Origin: Hydrolagus affinis
Lineage: Eukaryota
Direction: 5' to 3'
Assembly: GCA_012026655.1 (NCBI GenBank)
Contig: JAAILG010001242.1
Location: forward strand, 1 to 64,000
Length of the DNA stretch: 64,000 bases
In this document: positions 1 to 11,025 of the stretch, piece by piece
Position numbering within the stretch: position 1 is the first letter of the stretch
Layout: the number at the start of each line of letters is the position of its first letter
Program-made: the position numbers and the translations under genes
Notes under the pieces: model-generated
Seen by the model: only the letters and a program-made list of their open reading frames with translations
Told to the model about the DNA's origin: nothing
Database searches by the model: none

Positions 1-637
1 GTCAGTGTCCGGCGGGGGTTGGGAGGAGCGGGTGACGGGGCTTCGGCCTCGGCCGCAGCAGCAGCGGACTTCAGTGCTGAGCCTGCCGGAACCCTAAGGT
101 ATTTTACAGGCAGGCAGGGAGAGAGAGAGGCAGGCATGGAGGGAGAGCGGCAGGCAGGGAGAGAGAGCGGCAGACAGGCAGGGAGAGAGAACGGCAGGCA
201 GGCAGGGAGAGAGAGAGAGCGGCAGGCAGGCAGGGAGAGAGAGAGGCAGGCAGGGAGAGAGAGTGGCAGGCAGGGAGAGAGAGAGGCAGGCAGGGAGAGA
301 GAGAGAGAGCGGCAGGCAGGGAGAGAGAGAGGCAGGCAGGGAGAGAGAGCGGCAGGGAGGGAGGCAGGCATACTGGGTTAGGCAGAAGGCAGGCAGCAGG
401 CTCAGCACTGAAGTCCGCTGCCGCTGCCCGGGCGGCCGAGGCCGAAGCCCCGTCACCCGCTCCCCCCAACCCCCGCCGGACACTGACCAAGCCCCGGCTG
501 CCAGCGCCGGCCGCCCCTCCTGTTTACTGTATCTCCGCGGCTCGAAATTTCTTGTATCTGCGTATAGGGCGCACCCCCAACTTTCGAGATCTTCCGACGT
601 GAAAAAAAGTGCGCCTTATACGCGGAGATATACGGTA
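1..637. mobile_element. Right part of a palindromic non-autonomous Tc1/mariner-superfamily (Tc2/pogo-like) DNA element; left end lies outside the window
   Basis: Ends in ...GTGCGCCTTATACGCGGAGATATACGG followed by TA (636-637), i.e. a CCGTATA-type TIR plus TA target. Subterminal copy CGTATAGGGCGCAC near 560-575. Internal inverted arms 1-86 and 396-487. Confidence 0.65.
108..370 (+). repeat. Purine-rich minisatellite, ~18-22 nt unit GGCAGGCAGGGAGAGAGAGA
   Basis: Directly visible tandem units; explains the low-complexity ORFs at 19-490. Confidence 0.95.
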
Positions 638-1197
638 ATCGAATACAGCCTTTTTTTCCGGTTTATACGGAAGTTGTGGTTGATCGGGTGCCGGATAAAC
701 AGGTTTTCACTGTACATGCATTCATGGCAATGCAGTGAAAACTCTTTTTTATTGATGTTTCTAATTTGTCAGAAAACAACCTGCAACAGGTCTTTTGACT
801 CAGATCCCACTGGAAAATAAAAAAAAATTCAACTTTCATTCGCTCAGTGCTGTTGAGAGACTGTAAATAAGTTAAATTGTCAATTTGAAAGGAATATTCT
901 ATTGAAAATGATATACTTCTGTCAATCTGAGACTGAGGCAGTCTCTTTGCGTACATATTCTGGCCTCAACAATCTAGGTCTGGAAGAAATTTAATCTGAC
1001 AAGGAACATAATGTTGGTGAGGAGAGATAATACACCACTTTCCAAAGAGGCTAATTGCAAAACTGCCGCAGCTCAGTGAACACAAATTTATATGCAAACC
1101 TGTTGTGTTTTGGCAATCCTCTATTGTTCAGTGCCTCCTGCATTGTTGTACAAGTTGCTGATTTATGTGCTATAAGATTTAAATTGTGGTCATTAAT

Positions 1198-1432
1198 AAC
1201 AACAGCAAAATTACACTTGTAGTGCCTTTCATGTCAGGAGGACATCTCAAGGTGCTGGGCAGTCATTGCTTCAGACCCAAGCTGAGGACAGTGGAGTGGG
1301 GGGGTGGGATTAGGAGTTGCTGATGGGTCCATCGAAGAGAAGAGTCTTGAGGCGAGACTTGAAGGAGGCCAGGGAGGGGGCGAGGCGGAGAGACTGCGGG
1401 ATGGTTAGGCGAGGTTGTGGAGGGCTTTTAAG
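1198..1432 (-). mobile_element. L2-clade LINE 3'-end fragment
   Basis: Reverse complement of the 3' end seen at 10075-10522 and 13357-13845, including the (GTT)n tail and the GCCTTGGGAC...TGAAAGGCAC stem region. Confidence 0.75.
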
Positions 1433-1682
1433 TTTAACCTTTTAATTTAATCATTGTTTTCTATTGTATGCTTGAATATCTCTACCTGGATTTATGATAG
1501 AATAGTTTCACTGAATTAGTGTGTGACATGTTCTTAGTTCTCAGCCAGTCGTGTGATGCACTTTGAGATGTCCTCCAAACATAAAATACATTTGTATAAA
1601 TATAAATTGCTGTTCTTATACTTGCCTTTTCATAAGTTACAAATCCCAAGCACTGTATTAAGATTTTTTTGTTCTATTACAG

Positions 1683-1717
1683 GATGTTTTAATCACCACA
1701 TCATCAAGCCATTCTAG
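1683..1717 (+). CDS. CYB5B: Cytochrome b5 type B, penultimate coding exon (DVLITTSSSHS + AG of Ser)
   Basis: ttacAG acceptor and GTATAG donor; 35 nt; phase 2 joins exon 2644 to give SSWWTNW, the cytochrome b5 linker before the membrane anchor. Confidence 0.85.
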
Positions 1718-2643
1718 GTATAGTATATTTTACATTGATCTTGGGGGGATTTTTGTTTTTCCTTTCTGGAACATTCATGTCAACATCTAATGGATATTAA
1801 TATTGAACTTTCCCTGCATGAAAAGTTATCCATTTACAGATCATCAAGCATTTTGCCAAGGAGAGGGAATATTACCAGATGCTCCATCTCAGTTGATTTA
1901 TGGACAATGAAAACTATTTTTTCAGAGAAACATTTGTGATATCATTCTACTTATAAAAATACAATAACTAAAGTATTCTGTCCAACTTGAGAGTATTTTC
2001 AAATTTGACTTCTGTGGGAAAGTATTTGTGGTTGGATATAGCAGTAATTATTTTTTCCTTGTGATTTAGGAAGACAGGTATTCATTGTCAGTTCTTGTTT
2101 ACAATTCCATTTAAAATAACCTGAAAAAATGTTACTAGTTCTGATAGACATCTGAGGAAGCAGCAGCTCAGGGCCCAACCTCCACACTTTAATTCTATGG
2201 AGACTGTTGTAACACTCTGCAAATCCTATTGATCGTGATTGTGCTTTAAAGTCAACGCCTCTTCAACAACTTTGCCAAGAGATTTGAAGCTAAGCAACTG
2301 TTGTTTTGCAGTAAAGCATATCAGCTAATCTGTGCCAATAACATTCCACAAGCAGCAGATAAGAGACCTTGATGAGATTTTTAGGTAAGGGATAAAGGAA
2401 ACATGATATAGCAGTATAGGCCAAGACAACTTCTCCCCTCCCCAAACCCAACTCCAGCTCTTTCAAGCTTTCAAAATATTCATTTTAAAAACGATCGTTA
2501 AATTATTTCAACAACAAAATTACATTTATAGAGCACCCTTCACATCGGGAGGGTTTCAAACTTGATCTGTACAGACCTGCATGAGTTTAAGACGTATGAC
2601 AAAGCTTAATATTCTTAACCAGAACACTTGTTTTATTTTCCAG

Positions 2644-2737
2644 TTGGTGGACAAACTGGCTGATTCCTGCACTAGCAGCTGCTGTTGTTGGCCTCATGTA
2701 TCGCTTCTATTTAGTGGAGAACAAAACCTCATCCTGA
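2644..2737 (+). CDS. CYB5B: Cytochrome b5 type B, last coding exon: tail anchor (S)[30 protein letters not shown]
   Basis: Polypyrimidine tract + CAG acceptor; cytochrome b5 transmembrane motif; TGA at 2735-2737. Type B call rests on the ...KTSS terminus and the known vertebrate CYB5B-NFAT5 adjacency. Confidence 0.9.
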
Positions 2738-5700
2738 AGCATTTAGTTTCTTGAGGGGAGTGCCTACTCATACATATTCCATTGTTCCCCTTTATCTTCA
2801 AATAATGTTTATTATCAAATATTGGAAGCACAATACCATACAATTACAGTATGTGCTTACTGGTGCACCTGTTGGAACTGCATTGTGATTGTGGTTTTGT
2901 ATTCTGTACACTAAACAGTGTAGTAATATGTCAGTTTTACAGTATAAATATTCAGCAATGTACGTAATATCTTCAGACATATGTAATATTTAGTGCTTCT
3001 TTCCCCCCTCCATTTTTAACTTCCAACAAAAAAGGAAACACATCAAAGTCCATCTCTGAACAAACAGCAGTTTTGCAGTACAGTATTAACAAACTTTGTA
3101 ATACTAGTACTGCATGTTTTTCAAGTTGTATCTCAAGCAAACATTTAGGTTTTGGCTACAGCACAATTGGATATATATTGCAGTCCTATTTGAAGTTCAA
3201 TCTCAAACTTCTTTTCTCCCTCTATCTTTCTCCTTCTCCCCAGCCTATCAAACAAACACAGTAACTGACAACGCTGACAGATTTAAAGAAATCATAGATC
3301 TCAATGAATAAGTAGTTTATGTTGCTGGTGTGAGGCTTCTTGAATAACTAAGACCTTGATTGAGAGTTAAACTTGAGAGTAACTTTTATGCATGTTCCCA
3401 AATAGATTGTTTTCAGAAATAACCCCAGACTAGTGGTGAGTAGCAATATGCTTTCAGAATTCTACCCAAGCAGAGTGCCTTTTAAAAAAAAAATCTCTTT
3501 AAAAAGGTAAATTAACCTACATTTGGATATAATAGGTTAAATAGTTTTAAAATCACATTGATGATACAAGATTATGGTGATCTTGTGGAATTTACAGAAA
3601 CCAAAAATGATTATTAATTAACAGAATAATTTCCATCATGAATATGTAGTTGATGGTGATTTGAAAACTAAATCCCTCCAATTTTACCTTTTTTTTGTCG
3701 CTCCTATTCCTGAAGGTGAAAATGCATTCAGGGCTCTGGTTATCAACATGGGCCAGTCAAACCTTGGATCTTCCTGATGCATATAGATCAGTACAACATT
3801 GTCCATTTATGCACTGAGAATTAATGTAAAGTTGCAAATTAAATTATGCTGCCAGTTGTGCCACAAAACAGTGAAACACCTATAGTTCCTTATATTATTT
3901 ATTGTAGTAGCCTTGCTACTGGCAGAAGGGAAGGTATAGAGACCAATCACTTCCTTACAGGAAGGGAGCAAATAAAGCTGTCTCTTAATTCATAAGATCA
4001 TTTATCTCTTTCCTAATCTTCCATTACCCCATTGCTTGATAAACCCTCAACGGTTCGTTGGTGAAATTAGCACTGAGTCAAATACCTTGTACTGTACCTT
4101 GCTGCCAACATTCATGCAAGTAATTATACACATGTACTATGTGTTAATGCAAAACCATGGTAAAGTACATTTTATAGAGAATACTGTATATTTAATTTAG
4201 ATAACATTTACTTAAATCATGCTCTTGATATCATGTGTATTGTACTGTATGTTTTTATGTGACTATGCCTACCAAGTCTAAGAAAAGCCTCGATTATAAG
4301 ATTGATTTAATACATATACTGTAACTGGATAATTCTACAGCAAGATTTTCTGAACATTTATTTCATACTGATAGATACTTTCTGCATCAGGCACATGAAA
4401 TAAATTGTTTTCCTAAGTCCCACCTACTCCCATCATAATGTTCTTCTAACGACTGTGTTTTGCACCTTGCTACTCTGAGTTGATTTGTCAGTCTATTAAA
4501 CTACAAATAACCTTCTACAGTTGTGCTGCAACACCATTCATACGCCCAGTTTCAGAACTATTTTTCAATTGTTAAACTGACGAGAGGTGCTATCATTAAT
4601 GCAACAGTTCAAATTTTGTTGTAAAATGTATCTAATGTTGGTCAATCATAAATTATGCACATTTTATTTCATATGAAATATCCATTTCTAAAATAACTTT
4701 AAAGAAAATCAAATTCAATTGTGTTATGCATTATGGTCTTTGTAGTAGTTAATTATTCTTTTATTTGTTGCATATGGGGGGCATATTATTTTAGGTAATC
4801 AAAGTTTTGTTCACTGAGAACTTTTAACAACGGTTCCACTTGATTTTCTAATAACCAGCTGCATTCAAATCACGTCCACATCATCTCTTTTATGTAATGC
4901 ATACCATCTGTTAACGATAGGCAAATGTTAAATTCTTCTATTTGCAAATTCCACTTTAAATTTGAATGGCGATAATGCAACCAAATACTGTACTTATCTG
5001 AGCTCTGACACATCACGTATTTTCTCTAAATTATAACACATCCTTGCCAGTTATTAATTTCTTTGAATACAAATACAATATCCTTTTAATATTCGCCTGT
5101 TAGATCTTCTCATTGCTTTCCGTTTTGGTATGTAAATTCAAAGCACTTGGCTAATTTGGGTAATGAAGTACTTGATTGTCTGAAGCTGAGAGGTGTGTGT
5201 TTATGTGCATGTGTTTGAGACCCATTGCCTAAATTTGGTTTACGAGTCTTTTGATGTTCTGCTGTATGGAGCATAGCTCGGTAGGAGATGAAATTATAAA
5301 TAATTTAGCTTGTTCTGCTATAAAACCACTGCCTGATGGCTGATTGCTGGTCGTGATCACTAAGTATCTGATAGTCTAATCTGTTTGTGTTTTTTACAAA
5401 AAAAATCTAAACGTTCTACGAGATAGCATACATGAGACTCCACATTACTTTATTATAGTCATTGATGAATAATGTGGAATTTTTAATCCAAGTGTAACAT
5501 TATCCTGATGGTATGTTACCTCACAAAAAAGTACAGGAATAAAGATTTATTTAGATAGTGCTATAGGGATTTTTAAAATGTCTAAAAAGTGTCTGTAAGC
5601 AATAGAGGAAAACAAATTCTGATTTTAAAAATAAATTTGGATTCCTGTTGTTTGCAGTAGTGAATAAATTTCCAAAGTGTGTTCATACCAATAGTGTTTC

Positions 5701-5829
5701 AATATTAGTCCTGCACGGTTTAGTGAGACCTGTTTAAAAAGAAAATTTGCATGTGTGCATGCGCATATATAAATGTGACTAATTATAATATTCTTGTTAG
5801 CATTTTGCATTAATTGTCAATCTTAAGAC

Positions 5830-5930
5830 AAAAACAGAAGTCGCTGGGAACACTCAGTAGGTCAGGCAGCATCTATGGAAAAAGGAAAAGTGAGTCAACG
5901 TTTCAGATCCACGACCCTTTGTCAAAACTC
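5830..5930. mobile_element. Short interspersed repeat fragment resembling the common shark Penelope-like terminal repeat
   Basis: AAAACAGAAGTCGCTGGGAACACTCAGTAGGTCAGGCAGCATCTATGG...AACGTTTCAG; a diverged copy is at ~36795-36960. Family assignment is from recall. Confidence 0.45.
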
Positions 5931-6323
5931 AGTCTTGTAAGAGTTGAAGTTGCAAACGAATATTATTAAGATTTTTTTTTATCCAACCGACCTATGTAAT
6001 CTAAAAGTGGTGTAATTGGTCTTTTTTCTAAAAAAAAGCTCTTTGTATAGCTTATCCATCTGAGTAAGATTAATATTTTAAATGTACTTTACCAAGTTCC
6101 ATACAGAGATGTTACAGATGACAAATGTGAACTAATGTCTGATGTGCTTTATCAAAAATTTAAATAAGGGCAAATTCAAATGAGTTATTATTCATAATGA
6201 TATCAACAATTGTACTATTTGAATTGACTAACTTTTGATAACTAAAACTGAGTTGGTAATGTTTCAAAAATGCATTTTGTGAAGTTTATTTGTGTTCTTT
6301 TTCCTTTTGCAATTAATGTTCTC

Positions 6324-6329
6324 AATAAA
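6324..6329 (+). promoter_or_regulatory. Candidate distal poly(A) signal of CYB5B (3' UTR ~3.6 kb)
   Basis: AATAAA followed ~25 nt later by a GT-rich element (TGTTTGTGTTGTG). Other AATAAA hexamers occur upstream, so usage is unproven. Confidence 0.45.
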
Positions 6330-6997
6330 TCTGATAATCAAATTATTCCCAAAATGTTTGTGTTGTGCTTATATAGTATAAAACTTTCTGTGCAATACTG
6401 CTGAGTCTTAAAAACAAAAAAAATTAAGTAAATCCTATTTTTTTAAAATAAAATTAACTGGCTGCAATTGACAAAATGTTAGACCTCTAAAAAGTTATTT
6501 CTAATATTATGAAGATGTGATTACAAAAGCTCAGTTGGGTAAGGAGAGAATAAAACTTACAGTTAATACAATCCACTAAATGTATTTTCTATCTTGCTCA
6601 CGCAATTGATTCTGGAGTCCTACAGCAATGCTACTTATAAAATGCCCACTAGGTGGTACATGAGTGGATGATAGAAGCAAATTCCCCATCTCCCTTTGAG
6701 AGACAGTATCCTGCACCATTCCTCTACCACTGAAGTTTTTGGGGACAATTCTGACCAAGTAACCCGGGGAATACTTAATATAAATCATCCTTCCTCGAAG
6801 TCAAGACTGCTGTCATCAGGCCACTTGTTTTAATCACAGTGCATCGAGCAAGTCAGTTGACTTTGTTTTTAAAAAAATATATAATTTACCATTAAGAATG
6901 AGTTCAAATAGGCCAAAGCTTATATTCTTTATTTTGCATCTCTCATGCAAAATAAAGTACTGTAGTACTGAGGCTATTCAGATCAGTAAACACAATC

Positions 6998-7160
6998 AAA
7001 TCAATCCACGATTTTGTGGGGCCACTACTGTGGCTGCTGCGTTTCACCCACAAAATATACAGTCAATTCACTTTACAGTGCACTCCTGTGAAGCGCTTTC
7101 AGATGTGCGTCTCGCAGGCGCGATAAGGCGCAGTATCAAATGCAATCATCACCATTATTA
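6998..7160 (+). mobile_element. Deu-type SINE 3' fragment
   Basis: GGCTGCTGCGTTTCACCCACAAAATATACAGTCAATTCACTTTACAG...AAGCGCTTT...TATCAAATGCAA; matches the 3' half of the full copy at 12493. Confidence 0.8.
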
Positions 7161-7232
7161 ATAAATTTGACTCTGCTTCCGCTCACTATTCACCTTTCCT
7201 TCCTTCCTGTGCATCCATCCATCCATCCATCC

Positions 7233-7541
7233 AATAATAATACTAATCCTTGCATTTGATATTGCGCTCTTCGCGTCCTCTAGACGTCTCAAAGCGCTTT
7301 GCGGGATATACTGTAAAGTGAATTGACCGCGTATTTGTGGGCGAAACGCTGCAGCCAATTGCGCACAGCAGCGTCCCCCATCCCCGACAAACGGTCATGG
7401 ATTGAAATGACCAATGTTATTATTGTGTTTTTCTTTTCGGACGGATTATTATCAGGCGCACGCGCGCGCGTGTGTATGTGTGTGTGGAGTAAGGAAACTT
7501 GTCACGGTTTTTACCCTGACCTGGCTGGATTCGAACTCAGG
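7233..7541 (-). mobile_element. tRNA-headed Deu-type SINE, head truncated near the B box
   Basis: Reverse complement of the full SINE; (AAT)n tail at 7233; GGATTCGAACTC B-box complement near 7527-7538. Confidence 0.9.
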
Positions 7542-7659
7542 AATCAAATCCCTCCCTCGCGACCTCTCCCCTCACCTTCCTACCTGATCACCTACAGATC
7601 AATGCCTCTTCCTGGTTTTTGACTTGAGTGAAGGAAGGAGGGAGGATGACTGGCTGGCT

Positions 7660-8513
7660 GGCCTGGCTGGCTGAGCATGCGCAGAAACCGCGGGGCGTGG
7701 GTGGCGGGGGGGGCGGTAACCGACGCGGCGCGTCGTCTCGAGCGTCAAAGTTGGCGCCTGTGCACATCCACACTGACAGGCAGGCAGTCAGTCAGTCACA
7801 CACTTACACACACACTCACTCCTGTGTGTACACATTACACGCAGCACGGGGGTTGGTTCTCTCACTTCACGCGCAGACACACACGCACCGAGCTGGGGCA
7901 GACGCTTTAAACGCAGGCGTGTGTGTGTATGTGTATGTATTGGCAGCGTGTAACATATAGATATATATATACACACACAAACATACATATTTTAAAATCT
8001 ACAGTATATACATAGAGGGGGATCGACAGATCGACAAGGTGGAAAAGTGAAAGGAAGCGAGTGCCAGGACGAAGACTTATATATATATATATATACACAT
8101 GCAGTATATATAAAACATCCTTTTTTTTTGCTTGTGCGAGAAAGAGAGAGAAAACAGAGAGAATTCATCGGCCGATTAAAAAACAAGAAGAGGAAGAAGA
8201 GGGTTTTTGAAGGGACTCCGCCTCNNNNNNNNNNNNNNNNNNNNNNNNNNNNNNNNNNNNNNNNNNNNNNNNNNNNNNNNNNNNNNNNNNNNNNNNNNNN
8301 NNNNNNNNNNNNNNNNNNNNNNNNAAATCTATAATATGCATATATATATTTCTATATATATATATATTTAGTGTGTGTGTATGAGATATCTATATGTGTG
8401 TGTGTGTGTGTCCCTGCATATTTTTTTTGCTTGTTAAGGCCGTCAGGTTAGGTGAGATGATTCATCGTGTGGATTATTTTTTTCTGTCTCTGTTCTCTTC
8501 CTCCCCCTGTTAG

Positions 8514-8545
<32 letters not shown>

Positions 8546-8600
8546 AAGCAAATTAAAATTGACACAGTCATTATTATTGTTTTTATTTCCACACCCACAC

Positions 8601-8638
<38 letters not shown>

Positions 8639-8835
8639 AAGAAAGGGGAGGCTGTAATTTCTATTTGGATGAATTCAACCATTCCCTTTCCCTCCCTTCC
8701 CTCCCTCCCTCGGGCAACCTAACTTTAGACGTGTAAAAGTACTTTGATTGACGGCCCGATCCACCCTCAGGGAGCCGGCGTGGGGTGAGCCATCACTGGG
8801 GTTTAGAGCACGAGGCACCAATGGCGGGCGTTCAG
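7660..8835 (+). promoter_or_regulatory. CpG-rich putative NFAT5 promoter / first-exon region
   Basis: Dense CpGs and GC boxes (GGGGCGTGG, GGGGGCGG) at 7680-7760, 8160-8224 and 8750-8835 in an otherwise CpG-poor window; lies between CYB5B and the first visible NFAT5 exon. Confidence 0.6.
8225..8324. other. Assembly gap (100 N)
   Basis: Run of exactly 100 N, typical of a placeholder gap of unknown size. Confidence 1.
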
Positions 8836-8888
8836 AGGCAAAGCTTTCCTTTTAAAACGAAAGTTAGGGTTGCCAGGACGTGTTTACG

Positions 8889-9275
8889 TCTGTGTGTGTG
8901 TGAGTGAGAGTGTGTGTGTGTGAGTGAGTGAGAGTGTGTGTGTGTGGGTGAGTGAAGGAGTGAGTGAGAGTGTGTGTGAGTGAGTGAGAGTGTGTGTGTG
9001 GGTGAGTGAGTGAGAGTGTGTGAGTGAGTGTATGTGTGAGTGAAGGAGTGAGTGAGAGTGTGAGTGAGTGAGAGTGTGTGTGTGTGGGTGAGTGTATGTG
9101 TGAGTGAAGGAGTGAGTGAGAGTGTGTGTGAGTGAGAGTGTGCGTGTGTGTGTGGGTGAGTGAGAGTGAGTGTGTGTGTGTGGGTGATTGAGTGAGTGAG
9201 TGAGAGTGTGTGTGAGAGTGAGTGAGTGAGAGTGTGTGTTAGTGTGTGTGTGAGAGTGAGTGAGAGTGTGTGTGT
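8889..9275 (+). repeat. Compound (GT)n/(GAGT)n microsatellite
   Basis: Directly visible; complementary (CACT)n runs follow at 9381-9396 and 9434-9474. Confidence 0.95.
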
Positions 9276-9569
9276 ATGTACATACAAAAAAAAACATGGT
9301 TTGTATTGAGAACACAGCTCGTTTCCCACAATCTGTGTGATTTGATCCCGACCAATATTCCTTCAGATAAATCAAGTCATTCACTCACTCACTCACTTCC
9401 TGGCTGTTTCCCGGACCTTGCAAACATTGCCTAGACACACACACTCACTCACTCACACACTCACTCACTCACTCCCCAGCAATTACGCCTGAAGTACTTT
9501 TGACACCTTTCAATATTACAGGTGCTGCGTAAAAATGCAAGGGTTCTATAACATTTTGTTATTGTTGTT

Positions 9570-9815
9570 GTTAATAATGATAATCTCTCGCCCCCCACCC
9601 CCCCCCAAAAAAAAAACACAATAATAAAATTGGTCATTTCAACTCATGCCTGTTTGGGGGACGCTGCTGTGCGCAACTGGCTTCCACATTTCACCCACAA
9701 AATATACAGTCAATTCACTTTACAGTGTATTCTGTGAAGCGCTTTGAGACGTCTAGAAGACGTGAAAAGCGTAATACAGTACTGTATAACAAATGCAAGA
9801 ATTATTCTTATTATT
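9570..9815 (+). mobile_element. Deu-type SINE, 5'-truncated
   Basis: TGGTCATTTCAACTC...GCTGTGCGCAACTGGC...GAAGCGCTTTGAGACGTCTAGAAGACGTGAAAAGCG...AAATGCAAG + ATT tail. Confidence 0.88.
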
Positions 9816-10074
9816 GTTCATCATGCTCTTGCATGAAAAGGTGAGAGGGAACTTATAGGTGTATTGGATTGCAATCGTTGACTCTGTAAGATTTTGTTGA
9901 TTTGAATATCTGTCCAAACCGGTATTGATTCAACCGTACTATCTTTACTCCACAATCCAACACTGACATATGATAATGAAGTGGCAATCGTCCTGCCACT
10001 CTGAATGAGTGATTAATAGGCTGGCACTAGAGCTGGAGAAGCATCAGCTTCACGCAGGACTCCTAGACACAGGT

Positions 10075-10522
10075 CCACTTCGCTCCCATCACCCAGAGGC
10101 TTCAATTCAAGATCCTGGTCCTCACATTCAAAACCCTCCAATGGAGTCACCCCACCCTACCGCTGTATCCTAACCCACTAACAACCTGCCTGCCTCAACC
10201 GCTCAGCAGGCTCCTTCCTGCCTGCTCTATGTCCCCTGACCCACCTGCCCCACCATTGGCGGGCGAGCCTTCAGCCACTCTGTCTCTAACCTCTGGAATT
10301 CTATCCTGCAGTCCCTCCTCTGCCTTGTCCCCTCGCTTGCCTCCTTCCAAGTCCCACCTCAAGACCCTCCTCTTCAACAGTCCTATCGGTCACCCCAAAT
10401 CCCCCCCCGCCTCCGCTCTCCCCATCCCCGACCCCAGCTCAGGTCTGAAACATTGACTGTCCGGTGCCTTGGGACATCCCCCTGACATGAAAGGGGCTAT
10501 ACAAACGTAATTTGGTTGTTAT
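10075..10522 (+). mobile_element. L2-clade LINE 3' end (degenerate ORF2 C-terminus + 3' UTR)
   Basis: TTCAATTCAAGATCCTGGTCCTCAC encodes the L2 QFKILVLTFK motif; ends GGGACATCC...TGAAAGGGGCTATACAAACGTAATTTGGTTGTT. Confidence 0.85.
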
Positions 10523-10719
10523 TCTGCTTCATATAACTGCTATCAACATAGAAAATAAATCCGAGCTCAGTCATTAAATGTCAAACATGACAAACCAAAA
10601 TATTTCAAGTGATTATTCTCATGGTTTATAATCCTTTGAATTCCTGGTTGAAATTTTAACTTTGAGAACCCACGTGATCCCTTTTTTAAAATTGCGATGC
10701 ATTTTCCCTTTGTAGTCCA

Positions 10720-11025
10720 TGTTGACATGCCAGTGTGATGCTGGGAAGTACTGAATTTTGCAGATCAGATGTTAAATTGAGGTACTGCCTGTTCAGGTGG
10801 ATATTAAAGATAACACAATTAATAAAAGTAATAAATTTCCTATGTTGTACTGGTCAACAATCTCCCCCCGGGTGAAATTGGACATTTACCTGATAGCTGT
10901 TTGTGGGTATTTGAAGTGCACAAATTGGTTACCACATTTGTTTACAAATAAAACTTTACAGTAGCTCACGGGAAGTGATTTTAAAGTATTTCAAACAAAT
11001 TTGAAGCGTTACACCAAATGCAAGT
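10720..11025 (+). mobile_element. Old, diverged Deu-domain SINE relic
   Basis: CAGATGTTAAATTGAGG...TTCAGGTGGATATTAAAGAT...GCTGTTTGTGGG...GCACAAATTGG; similar to 26175-26345 and to the recalled AmnSINE1/SacSINE1 core. Confidence 0.55.

Noticed and set aside
19-820. ORFs of 120-185 aa at the window start
   Set aside because: They are translations of the GGCA/GA minisatellite and GC-rich MITE arms; low complexity with no protein signature.
8832-9384. His/Thr/Leu/Ser-rich ORFs (165-166 aa)
   Set aside because: Stop-free frames of the GT/GAGT microsatellite.
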